From contig CACZTP010000001.1 in NCBI GenBank assembly GCA_902784055.1, forward strand, positions 10,755-74,754: 64,000 nt of DNA, written 5' to 3'. The notes beneath the pieces are model-generated. The model saw nothing but the letters and a program-made list of their open reading frames with translations, had not been told where the DNA came from and did no database searches. Position 1 is the first letter of the stretch; the number at the start of each line of letters is the position of its first letter. The DNA comes from an uncultured Pseudomonadota bacterium. GTDB taxonomy: Bacteria; Pseudomonadota; Alphaproteobacteria; RUG11792. Shown one piece after another: positions 9,832 through 19,603 of this stretch. The position numbers and the translations under genes are program-made.

Positions 9832-10694
9832 TGTATTTTTTTATAAAAGTCTGTTTGTTTTATTTTTCATTAATTGGTATTGCCTCTTACTTATCGTTAT
9901 TTGAACGCAAACTAATTGGGCGTATTCAATGGCGTTATGGTCCTAGATATTGTGGAAAATTCGGATTATTACAGCCGATTGCCGACGGATTAAAATTATT
10001 CTTCAAACAAAATTCATTATCGGGGCACTCTGTTGTTTCGATCTTTTCTTGTGGTTTACTCCTGTTTTCATCTTTATTTCAGTTTGCTTTTTTACCTTTA
10101 GGTCAATTATCCCTATTATCTTCTCAGTATAGTCTCTTATATATAATAATTTGCCATACGCTAATTAACTTTGCCGAACTTTTAATTGGAGTTACATCCA
10201 AATCTAAATACGGAATAATTGGTGGTATTCGTTCCGTCTATCAAAAGTTTGGTAGCGACCCACTTCTTTTTTTAATACTGGTTTGTTTGTGCTCTCGTTA
10301 CGACTCCTTTGATATTGGATATGTTTCTATACACCATGATTTTTTTGTATGGCTATTAATTCCTGTATTATTTTCTGTAGCTCTTATTAATACAAGTCAC
10401 ATTCCCTTTGATTTTCTAGAGTGTGAAAGCGATTTGGTCGCAGGTGCTTATACAGAATACGGAGGTATCTTATTTGGTGTTATCTATTTATCTGATTATC
10501 TTAACGTTTTGTTTAATGCCTTGTTTATTTCTTCACTATTTTTACAAAAATTTTGGCTCGGAATTGGATCTGTTTTAATACTTTCAACAGTAATTCTAAT
10601 CCGAGCCATCATGCCACGATGTTTACAAATTCAAATGATCAAACTATCGTGGCGCACTATGTTTGTAATATCAATCTTTACAACAAAGTTGTAA
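9831..10694 (+). CDS. nuoH: Complex I subunit H (287 aa)
   Basis: ERKLIGRIQWRYGP....GLLQPIADGLKLFFK, SKSKYGIIGGIRS, PFDFLECESDLVAGAYTEYGG, LIRAIMPR. Collinear with NuoH/ND1. TAATG overlap with xth. Confidence 0.85.
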   Translation: MYFFIKVCLFYFSLIGIASYLSLFERKLIGRIQWRYGPRYCGKFGLLQPIADGLKLFFKQNSLSGHSVVSIFSCGLLLFSSLFQFAFLPLGQLSLLSSQYSLLYIIICHTLINFAELLIGVTSKSKYGIIGGIRSVYQKFGSDPLLFLILVCLCSRYDSFDIGYVSIHHDFFVWLLIPVLFSVALINTSHIPFDFLECESDLVAGAYTEYGGILFGVIYLSDYLNVLFNALFISSLFLQKFWLGIGSVLILSTVILIRAIMPRCLQIQMIKLSWRTMFVISIFTTKL

Positions 10695-10723
10695 TCGTAA
10701 CATTTCGGGTACGCTTTCATTCT

Positions 10724-13114
10724 TTATTCTGATTTATTATCAAACCACTTTTCGTTAAATTGTTTGTAAAACAAAGTATTAATGATAACGTAAAGCTGTC
10801 TTCGAGCTAAGTCTACGTTCTGTTTTACATCTTCTCCTAAAAGCTTAGAATCAGTCGCCACATTAAAATTTTCAAAATTAACGCCGTCATACTCTTTGAA
10901 TCCAATAAACTTTATTGATGAAAATGTATCGGAGGTTTTCTGAGTTTGATAAGAAAACACTGGTATAAGAACTTTTTTTAAAAGATTGCAGTCTAAAAAC
11001 ACGTCTTTTGTGTTATATTTTTTGACTCTTTTATTGTTTAACTTATCTTTTTCAAAATCTCCGGTTAAGATCTGAATTTTTCCTTGAGAATTAACGTATT
11101 TTAGTATATAGTACAACTGAACTCTCGCGAAAGCTTTTCGATCTAATTGTTTAAATATGCTATCAAAGTTCACTATATTATCATTTTCGTCAACACTATA
11201 TTTGTTGAAGATTTCGAGGTTCTCAAATTCACGGATCGACAAAAGCGCCGCAGTCTTACATATTGAATCCAATCCAGTTCGGGGATCTTTAATCAAAATT
11301 GATTTTTCATCTAGATGACTAAATCCGGAGGTTGCGCCTTTTGACTGGATTAGACAAGTCATATTTCCAGAACCTTTAGTACTTTGAACACAGACAGCTT
11401 CATACGCATTCCAAATGTTTTTTACTGAACCTTCTTTTGTGTAATCGATTTTTACACCTTTTCCTACACCTTTATTTCGTAATTCAGGTAATACGACGTT
11501 ATTGGAGTTGACAGTATTTTTTGTCTGATCGTTTTTGAGATTAGGCTGAGCCTCCCGTTTTCCGTTTTTCATGCGCAATCTAGCTGCTGCAATTAGATCT
11601 TGCATATTGGCCGAGGCGATCTGAACCTTAGGCTCTTTTTTACCGTTATTTTGCGAACCAGGATTCGAAGATACGACTCTTTTTGCACCCTCAGTTTTGG
11701 TGTTATTCGTATTTTTCGGATCCTCGTCTTTCTTTTTTGCATCAGCAATTTTATCAATGTTTTTCAGAACCTCAACCCTATCCGCCTCTGTTATTATACT
11801 TTTTACGGGTCCTGGAATATTGGCTGGTGGTGGCGGAGGCGGAGGAAATCCTTTACTATTCCCCTCTTCTACTTTAAGTTTACCCGGTACAGTATCACTA
11901 TTACTATTACTTTCAGAAACATTGTTGTCGAGAGCAGATACACTATTTGCTATTCCTTTATCTTTAAATGCTATATCGTTGTTTTTGTTATTTTTTATTG
12001 ATTTTCCCTCACCCTCTTTATCTGAGACTTGACTAAATTTTGAATCTAGTAATTTCTTGTTATTCGGACGCTGTGTGCTTTTTCTCGATGTGTAAATAGC
12101 CGATAATGTTGGAACAACAGCGTTTTCGCAGACTTTTTCAAAGATGTCTTCTTTTTCAATATCCGGTTTATTATGAATTGGGTCTACTTTTTGACTGTAT
12201 TTCTTTGTTGAAAACTTATGTATATTTAATTTCTTTTTTTTTAAATAATTTGATAATGCGTTGTTACAAGCTTGTTGAACGATTTTATTTGAAATTCTCG
12301 CACTATTGAGCGCGGCATTCGATTGACCGTTACCGGGTAGACTGTTATCCATTTCTTTAACAGTTGTGTTTATTAATTCTGTTTTGAGATCAGGCATGTT
12401 ATCGTTGGGTAAGTCAACTCTTGTGCTCATTGTTTGATTGAAGGTTTTTTGCTGTTCGAGTATCTTGGGTAAAACAAAATTACTTAAAATTTGGCTTTTT
12501 ACGAAGCGTAGATTCCAATCGTTGAAGAAATATCTTTCAGCAATGCTTTTATCTGAATCAAGTACTTGCCGTTTGTCAGGAAAAACTTCATTAAAGCGAT
12601 TCATGACGATATCGCCCCAACTTCTATTGTTATTATTCGTCAACGCATTCCAAACATAATCAACAGATTTTTTGTATATCGTTGTTAAATCGGGGGTAAA
12701 AAGCGCTAGTCTTGAAAAATTCGAAATAAATTCGTTTTTGAATATATTGACACTTTCAGTACCAATCCAAGCGTTTAATAAGCCCATTATACGACGAAAA
12801 TCGTTGTTCCTCCCCTCCTTGGTGTATTCATCATATGTGGCATTTAGAGATTGAAGAAAGTCGTTATCATGGTTTTCACCTAGAATAGAAACAGCAACAG
12901 CAGTTGCCACATGTTTTGTTTCATCTTTTGCAATGTAACGATTCGCTGGTTCACGCCCTATAAAAAGCTCAGATTCTTTAATTTGATCTTCTAGGGAAAG
13001 CCCCTTGTTTTTGATAGTAGTTTCCATTCCGTAAACGTCAAATTGTGGACAAACAACCATCAGCGATCCGAGCGCGGTTGTTAGTATTTTTAAAAACTTT
13101 TTCATAACACTCAT
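10724..13114 (-). CDS. Secreted 796-aa protein of unknown function with FPPPPPPP proline-rich motif
   Basis: Long uninterrupted ORF with an N-terminal hydrophobic signal-like segment (LTTALGSLMVVCPQ). The central region is low-complexity and K/N/S-rich. FPPPPPPPANIPGP is encoded at 11825-11848. No family recognised. Confidence 0.75.
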   Translation of the reverse strand: MSVMKKFLKILTTALGSLMVVCPQFDVYGMETTIKNKGLSLEDQIKESELFIGREPANRYIAKDETKHVATAVAVSILGENHDNDFLQSLNATYDEYTKEGRNNDFRRIMGLLNAWIGTESVNIFKNEFISNFSRLALFTPDLTTIYKKSVDYVWNALTNNNNRSWGDIVMNRFNEVFPDKRQVLDSDKSIAERYFFNDWNLRFVKSQILSNFVLPKILEQQKTFNQTMSTRVDLPNDNMPDLKTELINTTVKEMDNSLPGNGQSNAALNSARISNKIVQQACNNALSNYLKKKKLNIHKFSTKKYSQKVDPIHNKPDIEKEDIFEKVCENAVVPTLSAIYTSRKSTQRPNNKKLLDSKFSQVSDKEGEGKSIKNNKNNDIAFKDKGIANSVSALDNNVSESNSNSDTVPGKLKVEEGNSKGFPPPPPPPANIPGPVKSIITEADRVEVLKNIDKIADAKKKDEDPKNTNNTKTEGAKRVVSSNPGSQNNGKKEPKVQIASANMQDLIAAARLRMKNGKREAQPNLKNDQTKNTVNSNNVVLPELRNKGVGKGVKIDYTKEGSVKNIWNAYEAVCVQSTKGSGNMTCLIQSKGATSGFSHLDEKSILIKDPRTGLDSICKTAALLSIREFENLEIFNKYSVDENDNIVNFDSIFKQLDRKAFARVQLYYILKYVNSQGKIQILTGDFEKDKLNNKRVKKYNTKDVFLDCNLLKKVLIPVFSYQTQKTSDTFSSIKFIGFKEYDGVNFENFNVATDSKLLGEDVKQNVDLARRQLYVIINTLFYKQFNEKWFDNKSE

Positions 13115-13335
13115 GTTACGAGCAACACTTACACGTATAGTATAGTGCAGGTCTCTTATACATACAAGCCGTTTTTAATTAATTTTTACAATTTCAGCAG
13201 AAAACTTCGTTATTTGCGTTAAATTAATTTTAAATTAGGTACATTATATTACACATTAATCAACACATACTTAGATCTGCAATTAACAATCGCTTGATAT
13301 AATCAACATGGTATTAGTAATTTATTGAGAGTTGC

Positions 13336-14721
13336 ATGTTTAATGTTCATAACCAAGTAATACATCTAATTGGTATTGGTGGTATTGGAGTAAGTGGCTT
13401 AGCTGAAATACTTCATTCGCTAGGTTTTACTGTCCAAGGCAGTGATCAAGTAAATTCTGGGAACACAAAGCGTCTTGAAAATATTGGTATTAAAGTTTTT
13501 ATTGGACATTCAGAAGCAAATATTGCAAAAGCTGATATTGTTGTATACTCCTCTGCAATACATCCAAATAATGTTGAGCTTAAAAAAGCTCGTTCTTTAA
13601 ATATTCCATGTCTCACGCGTGGTGAAATGCTTTCACAGGTAGTGAGACTTAAAAAGTCGGTTGTTGTTGCCGGTTCTCACGGTAAAACAACTGTGACATC
13701 ACTTTGTGCTGAATTATTAGAGTTAGCAAACTTACAACCTACAGTAGTAAACGGCGGAATAATAAATTCATATGGAAGTAATGCAAAACTAGGCAAAGGA
13801 GATTGGGCTGTTATTGAATCTGACGAAAGTGATGGAAGTTTTATACACCTCCTGCCAAGTATTGCAATAGTAACTAATTTAGATAAAGAACACATAAAAA
13901 ATTATGGTAGTTTCCGTAATCTTCAAGATGCTTTTGTTAACTTTATTGAAAACGTACCATTTTACGGCGTAGCTGTAGTATGTAAGGATGATCCTAATAC
14001 AGGATATGTATTAGAAAAAATACGAAACAGGAAAGTAATAACGTATGGATTAAATGAAAACGTGGATGTTCAAGGAATTAATGTAAGACGAACTGACAAA
14101 GGATCTGTTTTCGATGTTAAATATAACAACGAAGTAATAGAAAGTGTGAGAATTCCATTATTTGGTATTCATAACGTACGTAATGCTTTGTCAATTATTG
14201 CTCTAGCCAACATATTAGGTATTGATATATCCATAACAAAAACAGTGCTTGCTAATTTTACTGGAACACGCCGACGCTTCACAGCAGTAGGAAATATTGG
14301 AGACGTACTAGTAATTGATGACTATGCTCACCATCCTACTGAAATAAAAGCGTTACTTGATGCAGCTCATCAACGAAAACCAGGAAAAGTTGTTATTATT
14401 CATCAGCCTCATAGATTTACAAGATTAAATTGTTTTTTTGATGACTTTTGCACATGTTTTTCGTCTGCTGATACAGTTGTGTTATTGCCAGTATATAAAG
14501 CAGATGAAATAGTTGACGCTCCGTTAAACTCTCTTCACCTGCTTGGTTCACTAAAAAATAGCATGAGTTCAGTATATTATGCAGAAAACAAAGTAGCATT
14601 GCAAAAAACTGTTAAAAATATAGTGGATGAGCAGAAATTAGGAAAGGATGATATAATTCTGTTCTCGGGAGCTGGAAATATTTCCAGTTGGGCATACGAA
14701 ATTGTATCAGCTTTACAATGA
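13336..14721 (+). CDS. murC: UDP-N-acetylmuramate--L-alanine ligase
   Basis: IHLIGIGGIGVSGLAE, VAGSHGKTTVTS, DDYAHHPTE. Confidence 0.95.
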   Translation: MFNVHNQVIHLIGIGGIGVSGLAEILHSLGFTVQGSDQVNSGNTKRLENIGIKVFIGHSEANIAKADIVVYSSAIHPNNVELKKARSLNIPCLTRGEMLSQVVRLKKSVVVAGSHGKTTVTSLCAELLELANLQPTVVNGGIINSYGSNAKLGKGDWAVIESDESDGSFIHLLPSIAIVTNLDKEHIKNYGSFRNLQDAFVNFIENVPFYGVAVVCKDDPNTGYVLEKIRNRKVITYGLNENVDVQGINVRRTDKGSVFDVKYNNEVIESVRIPLFGIHNVRNALSIIALANILGIDISITKTVLANFTGTRRRFTAVGNIGDVLVIDDYAHHPTEIKALLDAAHQRKPGKVVIIHQPHRFTRLNCFFDDFCTCFSSADTVVLLPVYKADEIVDAPLNSLHLLGSLKNSMSSVYYAENKVALQKTVKNIVDEQKLGKDDIILFSGAGNISSWAYEIVSALQ

Positions 14722-16256
14722 TTCCTTTTAAAAAGTTCTGCACAGTAAGTGGCATGACTTTAATAAGCCGTGTCCTCGGAGTTGTTCGGGAAAATATTTT
14801 ATCGCGTCACTTGGGAGCTTCAGTTGAAATGGACGCTGCCTTAATGGCGATGAAGTTTCCCAAATTTTTCCGTAAAGTTTTTTCGGAAGAAGGATTTAAT
14901 TCAGTATTTGTTCCATACCTTGCAGGGATGGAAGTGGCTAAAAAAAACAAACTTGCATTATTCTTTTCATCACGTGTATTTTCAATAATCACATATATAA
15001 TGTTTTTACTAACCATAGTGGTGCTTGTATTTGCTAAATATTTTGTACTACTAATGGCTCCTGGTTTTATAGATGATCCAGAAAAACTAGCTCTTACCGT
15101 CACATTTACACGTATAATGTTCCCAAGTGTTTTTTTCTTAAGTTTGTCAGCGGTGTACAGCTGTGTATTAATTTCTAATCAAAAATTTGGTTGGTATACA
15201 GTTTGTCCATTAATTATTAACATAGTTCTCATAAGTTCAATAGTTACATCGATAATATTTAATTATGTTGCTTTAGGGCTTGCTATCGGTTTGTTACTCG
15301 CAACAGTGGTTCAATTTTCATACTTGTACGTAGTGCTAAAGGTACAAAAACTGACGATTCCAATGTTATCCTGTACTAAAATAACCCCCACAGTGCGACG
15401 TTTCTTTAAAAAATTAGTCCCTGTAATAGTAAGCGCAGGAGTAGCTCAGATCAATGTATTTGTTGATTCATTCTTTAGTTCATATCTTGCTACAGGGTGC
15501 GTAACGTATTTATACTTTGCCGACAGACTAAATCAGTTACCATTATCGCTGTTTGGAATTTCTATGAGTATAATTTTATTGCCTGAAATTTCAAAGAGAC
15601 TTGCTTTAAAAGATGGTAACAGCGAACTCCATTCTTTATATAAAGATTCAATACTTTTTACTTTGCGATTAACTTGCCCTGTAATAGTAATAATGGCAGT
15701 CCTTGCTTATTATTTTATAGATGTAGTTTACGGATACGGCAAATTTACACCGTTTGACGTTAAAAACACAGCTCTTGTCCTTAAAATAGGCGCAATGGGA
15801 TTACCCGCGTATGTTTTATCGAAAGTTATAGCTTCGATTATATTTGCTCATAAAAAGATAAAAGCTCCCGTAGTGGCTGCATTGGCGTCTATAGGCTGTA
15901 ACATGGTTTTAAATAGTGTCCTAATTAAAAAATTCGGTTTTGCTGGTATTGCCGTTGCGACGACAATATCAGGTTATGTTCAAATGTTTGTATTGGCGAA
16001 AAACCTCAACACTGATCAAAAAATTTTCGATAAAAAATTTATAATCCAAGTATCAAAAGTAATTGTAGCATGTACTGCGAGTTTTTGTACACTCCTATTA
16101 GGACTTAAGCTGAACTTAACGTTTAGTTATTCTTTAGTAAATATAGCTGTTTACGGATCGGTTGCTACAATCGTGTATATTTACTCATTGATATTACTAA
16201 AAGATCACGGAATTTTATCCATTTTAGCAAAGTTAAAAACTAAAAAATCAATATAA
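14718..16256 (+). CDS. murJ: Lipid II flippase MurJ (MviN)
   Basis: N-terminus ..SGMTLISRVLGVVRE and a 14-TM-like profile. Start moved to ATG 14718 (ATGA overlap with the murC stop). Confidence 0.9.
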   Translation: MIPFKKFCTVSGMTLISRVLGVVRENILSRHLGASVEMDAALMAMKFPKFFRKVFSEEGFNSVFVPYLAGMEVAKKNKLALFFSSRVFSIITYIMFLLTIVVLVFAKYFVLLMAPGFIDDPEKLALTVTFTRIMFPSVFFLSLSAVYSCVLISNQKFGWYTVCPLIINIVLISSIVTSIIFNYVALGLAIGLLLATVVQFSYLYVVLKVQKLTIPMLSCTKITPTVRRFFKKLVPVIVSAGVAQINVFVDSFFSSYLATGCVTYLYFADRLNQLPLSLFGISMSIILLPEISKRLALKDGNSELHSLYKDSILFTLRLTCPVIVIMAVLAYYFIDVVYGYGKFTPFDVKNTALVLKIGAMGLPAYVLSKVIASIIFAHKKIKAPVVAALASIGCNMVLNSVLIKKFGFAGIAVATTISGYVQMFVLAKNLNTDQKIFDKKFIIQVSKVIVACTASFCTLLLGLKLNLTFSYSLVNIAVYGSVATIVYIYSLILLKDHGILSILAKLKTKKSI

Positions 16257-16257
16257 A

Positions 16258-16282
16258 AAAGGGTGACATCTGTCACCCTTAA
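16258..16282. terminator. Bidirectional hairpin terminator between convergent murJ and brnQ
   Basis: Perfect 8-bp stem gggtgaca tc tgtcaccc flanked by A-run and T-containing sequence. Confidence 0.7.
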
Positions 16283-16311
16283 ACTCGAATATTGTAAATT
16301 TGCAATGTTTT

Positions 16312-17412
16312 TTAAGATCTGTTTACCCTGTAATACCTTATCCATTGAACTATAAGGAACAACATAAGGGCAGGGTATAAGTAAGTTAAAACCTGCCCCA
16401 TTATGGCACAAAGTTTATCGAAACCTATAAGTGATGAGCCGAAAGTCATAGTTCCAGTAATAAGTATAAGCGGTTTACTGTCAACTTTGTTCCTACATAT
16501 ATCGTTCTGAAGGTATCCAGAGAATACTGTTGTCAACGCAATGTTTGTAGCTAAACAGCATACTGATATCACTATAGCAACGAACCACGCGCCAGAAGCA
16601 CCAAGGGCTAGCTCAGTAATTTTAGGAAATAGAGCGGCGTTTTCAGTGTTCTGCAACATTGGAGAATATTGAGACGCAAGGTATATAAGAGAAGCATAAA
16701 CTACTGTTAAAATAGTTCCTGCTATGCAAAATACAGTTACAGAAGCTGAGTTTATGTCAGTTTGTCCTGTATTTTTCATGGCATTTCTTATGTATGAGCA
16801 TATTGTCCCCATAATCATAAACGCTGTAAGCATATCCATTGTTTGGTATCCCATTGCGAGACCATTACCCAACGCAGAAGATGCAGAGGTATGGATTTCG
16901 GATACAGGCATATTCGGATCCTTGAAGTACAGGGCTAGTATTACAACACCTATAACTCCTCCGAACTTAAGTGGAGTGAATATCCGGCCAACTAAATCGA
17001 CAAGTTTCCCTGGGTTCCATGCCATAGCAGTCATAAGCAAGCAGTACAATGCTTTGAACGCAACATCATTCATTGAGGGAAATACTGTTTTTATACAATC
17101 ACATGATACGTTTACACTTCGAGCCATAGCTCCAAGAGGTCCTGTAAGGATCATTATCACAAGCATAACTGCGAAACTTACGTACTTTCCCATAGGTTTC
17201 AGTAGCTTTGTATTATCGCCCTCGTAAAGAACAGCAACATAACAACCTAAAAAGGTTACTAACACAGCAGAGATAACCCAGCCTAACGAAGCCCAAAAAT
17301 AATAATCCGGATACATTTTCCCGACTATTAACGGGAAGACAATATTTCCCGAACCAAAAATAATTGAAAAAATTGCAAATCCAGCAATAGCGAGTTTCGA
17401 GTTAAAAACCAT
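16312..17412 (-). CDS. brnQ: Branched-chain amino acid transport system II carrier (LIVCS family)
   Basis: N-terminal GFAIFSIIFGSGNIVFPL (cf. BrnQ F.MFFGAGNLIFP). Polytopic. Shorter than typical BrnQ. Confidence 0.8.
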   Translation of the reverse strand: MVFNSKLAIAGFAIFSIIFGSGNIVFPLIVGKMYPDYYFWASLGWVISAVLVTFLGCYVAVLYEGDNTKLLKPMGKYVSFAVMLVIMILTGPLGAMARSVNVSCDCIKTVFPSMNDVAFKALYCLLMTAMAWNPGKLVDLVGRIFTPLKFGGVIGVVILALYFKDPNMPVSEIHTSASSALGNGLAMGYQTMDMLTAFMIMGTICSYIRNAMKNTGQTDINSASVTVFCIAGTILTVVYASLIYLASQYSPMLQNTENAALFPKITELALGASGAWFVAIVISVCCLATNIALTTVFSGYLQNDICRNKVDSKPLILITGTMTFGSSLIGFDKLCAIMGQVLTYLYPALMLFLIVQWIRYYRVNRS

Positions 17413-17982
17413 AATTACCTCTTATGTGTCAAAAGTACATAACACTTTATTGTAACATTGATGTACTTTTGACTGCAATTCATAAAAACAGATTATAAAA
17501 AAGATGATCATTTAACGGATGCTTGTTTTTATACTTTAAACAAAACTGATAACACTTGTTGTAAAAGTAATCTATTTTGTTTTTGCGTTAATTATGCACC
17601 AGTCCGTAACAGATAACAGAGAAGTGTATAACAAAATATAGGATTGAATGCATAGCATCCGATAACGAACTAAATCTTTGACATCGTCGACAGGTCAAAA
17701 CTCATTCACTTTCATTACAACGACCTTATTGTGTGGTTTCACCTTTGTTTACTTTTATGCGGAAACTAAGGCGACAACACATAAATATATTAACTATGAC
17801 AACGCTTTTAAGCGGGAAATAGCTTCACTAGTGGTTTTATTGTTGTCTCTCATTGGTATTTATCTATAAATTCTTACCTCGATCTCGTAGTATTATGCTA
17901 TTACAATATAAAACTCGGTAAACTTTTCCAATCTGAACATCAATTTACTGACTTGTTAGGTTCTGATTTAAATTTCATAAAA

Positions 17983-18011
17983 AGAGGTGAAAGTTGCACC
18001 TCTGTTTTTTC
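17983..18011 (+). terminator. Orphan Rho-independent terminator-like hairpin in a 0.93-kb non-coding gap
   Basis: agaggtg-aaagttg-cacctct followed by gtttttt. No annotated plus-strand gene upstream. Confidence 0.45.
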
Positions 18012-18341
18012 TATTAAAATTCTGTCAAAAAAGCAATACCGGTGATAACAATGATAAATTAGCTGTAGATAATGGGAAAGGCTGTAAGCCTAATAAGACC
18101 TACAGCCAACCAAAAAACAGCAAATCAGTAAACAATGTAAAAAAACCAGCTTAAAAGTCAATAGCGAAGCTGTTGTTCATACTGCTCTTCTATATAGTCT
18201 AATAAAAATATATTATATGTCAATTTTCAACGTTCTTTATGTTGTTTATTTGCAACAAAATTTTTTGGTGTACATTTCTCACACAAAAACCTTTGCTCGT
18301 GTGATTAATTTTTATACCATTCAGTTAGGGTTTTATTAGAA

Positions 18342-19481
18342 ATGAGATTTTTAATGTCAATTAAAAAACTTGCGGTTTTATCCGCTTCTGTGTTGAGCTT
18401 TGCAAGTTCAACAATGGTATCTTCGGCTACGTCTGTAGACTCTGGCTCTACAGGTTCCAAATTCAGCTTGGGAATCAAACTTGGTGGTGTTTTAAGTAAA
18501 GGGAAGTCTGATCTTAACTTCTCAAAATACGCCATAACATCAATCTTAGGTCAAATGGTTAGATATGATGGTACACCTGATCATTTCAAACCGATATCTG
18601 GAATGTCTGATGCAGAAATTGATGAGTGTCAGGATAACGGGACTACTGATGCAACGACTAGTATCCACTCAACAGTTGCTGTAGCTCCGAATGTCGTGAA
18701 AATAATTTCGAGCCGATATAAGGCAGCAGGAGCTTCCGATCCTTATAGCAAGATCAAGGCCTATTCTGCTGAGTTGACAGACAGTATTGCCTCGTCAAAA
18801 GCGTTGGCAATAAACCTGCAAGCAGCTTTGTCTTTAGGTGTAAAACTTAACAACTGTGTAACCATTGCTTTAAATCCGTTATTCGAGATGCCGATTAAGG
18901 GGCGGAACGCAACGGTGTCCTTCTCTAAAGAGAGTACATCTGACAGCAAGGACAAAAATAGCAACAGTAGCAGTTCATCATCGAACTCTAACTCTAATTC
19001 AAAGAGTGACACATCTCTCGATGTTACAGTGAAAAGTAAACCAGTGTTTGGTTTTGGCGGATCTATAACAATAGACCTCAATCCATGTTTCTCTTTGGGT
19101 GCTGGAGCTGGCTGGAAGCGTCTTGGGTATGAAATTGACGTGACGAATCCGAATACTAATTTGTTAGGTATTACAGGTACTCCGAAGTATGATTCGGCTA
19201 AAAAAATTAATGCGACGAATACGTCAGGAGATGCGTTGAAATATATGAGAAGTACAACTGTTGTAAATAAAATTAAGGCTTCAATGAATGTTATGTATGC
19301 AGAGCTTACCGCGATGTACAACATAAACAAGCACTTTGGCGCGTATATTAATCTTGGTGTACAGTCTGGCGGACAGGCAACAATGAAGAATGAAAAAGAG
19401 AAAATATCAAATCCTGATTATGTCTACAAGAGAGGCATGAGCTACTATGGTGGAGTTGGATTAAGCTTAAAACTTATGTAA
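18342..19481 (+). CDS. Putative outer-membrane protein: signal peptide, passenger, Ser/Asn linker, about 155-aa C-terminal beta-barrel-like domain
   Basis: Signal peptide MRFLMSIKKLAVLSASVLSFASS. Linker NSSSSSSNSNSNSKSD. Alternating hydrophobic beta-strand pattern to the C-terminus (YYGGVGLSLKLM). Same architecture as the 52099-53925 gene. Confidence 0.7.
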   Translation: MRFLMSIKKLAVLSASVLSFASSTMVSSATSVDSGSTGSKFSLGIKLGGVLSKGKSDLNFSKYAITSILGQMVRYDGTPDHFKPISGMSDAEIDECQDNGTTDATTSIHSTVAVAPNVVKIISSRYKAAGASDPYSKIKAYSAELTDSIASSKALAINLQAALSLGVKLNNCVTIALNPLFEMPIKGRNATVSFSKESTSDSKDKNSNSSSSSSNSNSNSKSDTSLDVTVKSKPVFGFGGSITIDLNPCFSLGAGAGWKRLGYEIDVTNPNTNLLGITGTPKYDSAKKINATNTSGDALKYMRSTTVVNKIKASMNVMYAELTAMYNINKHFGAYINLGVQSGGQATMKNEKEKISNPDYVYKRGMSYYGGVGLSLKLM

Positions 19482-19509
19482 GGCTCAGTAGATTTGAGAA
19501 TAGTATCAG

Positions 19510-19537
19510 ACCCCCGGTTAATAGCCGGGGGTTTTTG
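19510..19537 (+). terminator. Rho-independent terminator
   Basis: cccccgg-ttaatag-ccggggg followed by ttttt. Confidence 0.8.
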
Positions 19538-19603
19538 CTATATAAATTAAGACATATCGATAAGTATTAACATCAGAAATTGAAAAAAACTGTTAAAGAA
19601 TGC

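Noticed and set aside
11600-11800. WH2-like actin-binding motifs downstream of the poly-Pro (RVEVLKNIDKIADAKKK; DLIAAARLRMKNGK)
   Set aside because: They do not fit the L..(I/V)......LKKV spacing convincingly. Only the FPPPP/poly-Pro motif is reported.
11600-12032. Three overlapping plus-strand ORFs (133, 64 and 111 aa), one containing GGGGGGG
   Set aside because: They are antisense to the 796-aa gene. The poly-Gly is simply the reverse complement of the poly-Pro codons.
16724-17227. 167-aa plus-strand ORF
   Set aside because: It is entirely antisense to the well-supported brnQ gene. The sequence is hydrophobic mirror-frame and has no motif.
18761-19330. 189-aa minus-strand ORF
   Set aside because: It is antisense to the outer-membrane protein gene. 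Its low-complexity content mirrors the Ser/Asn linker.
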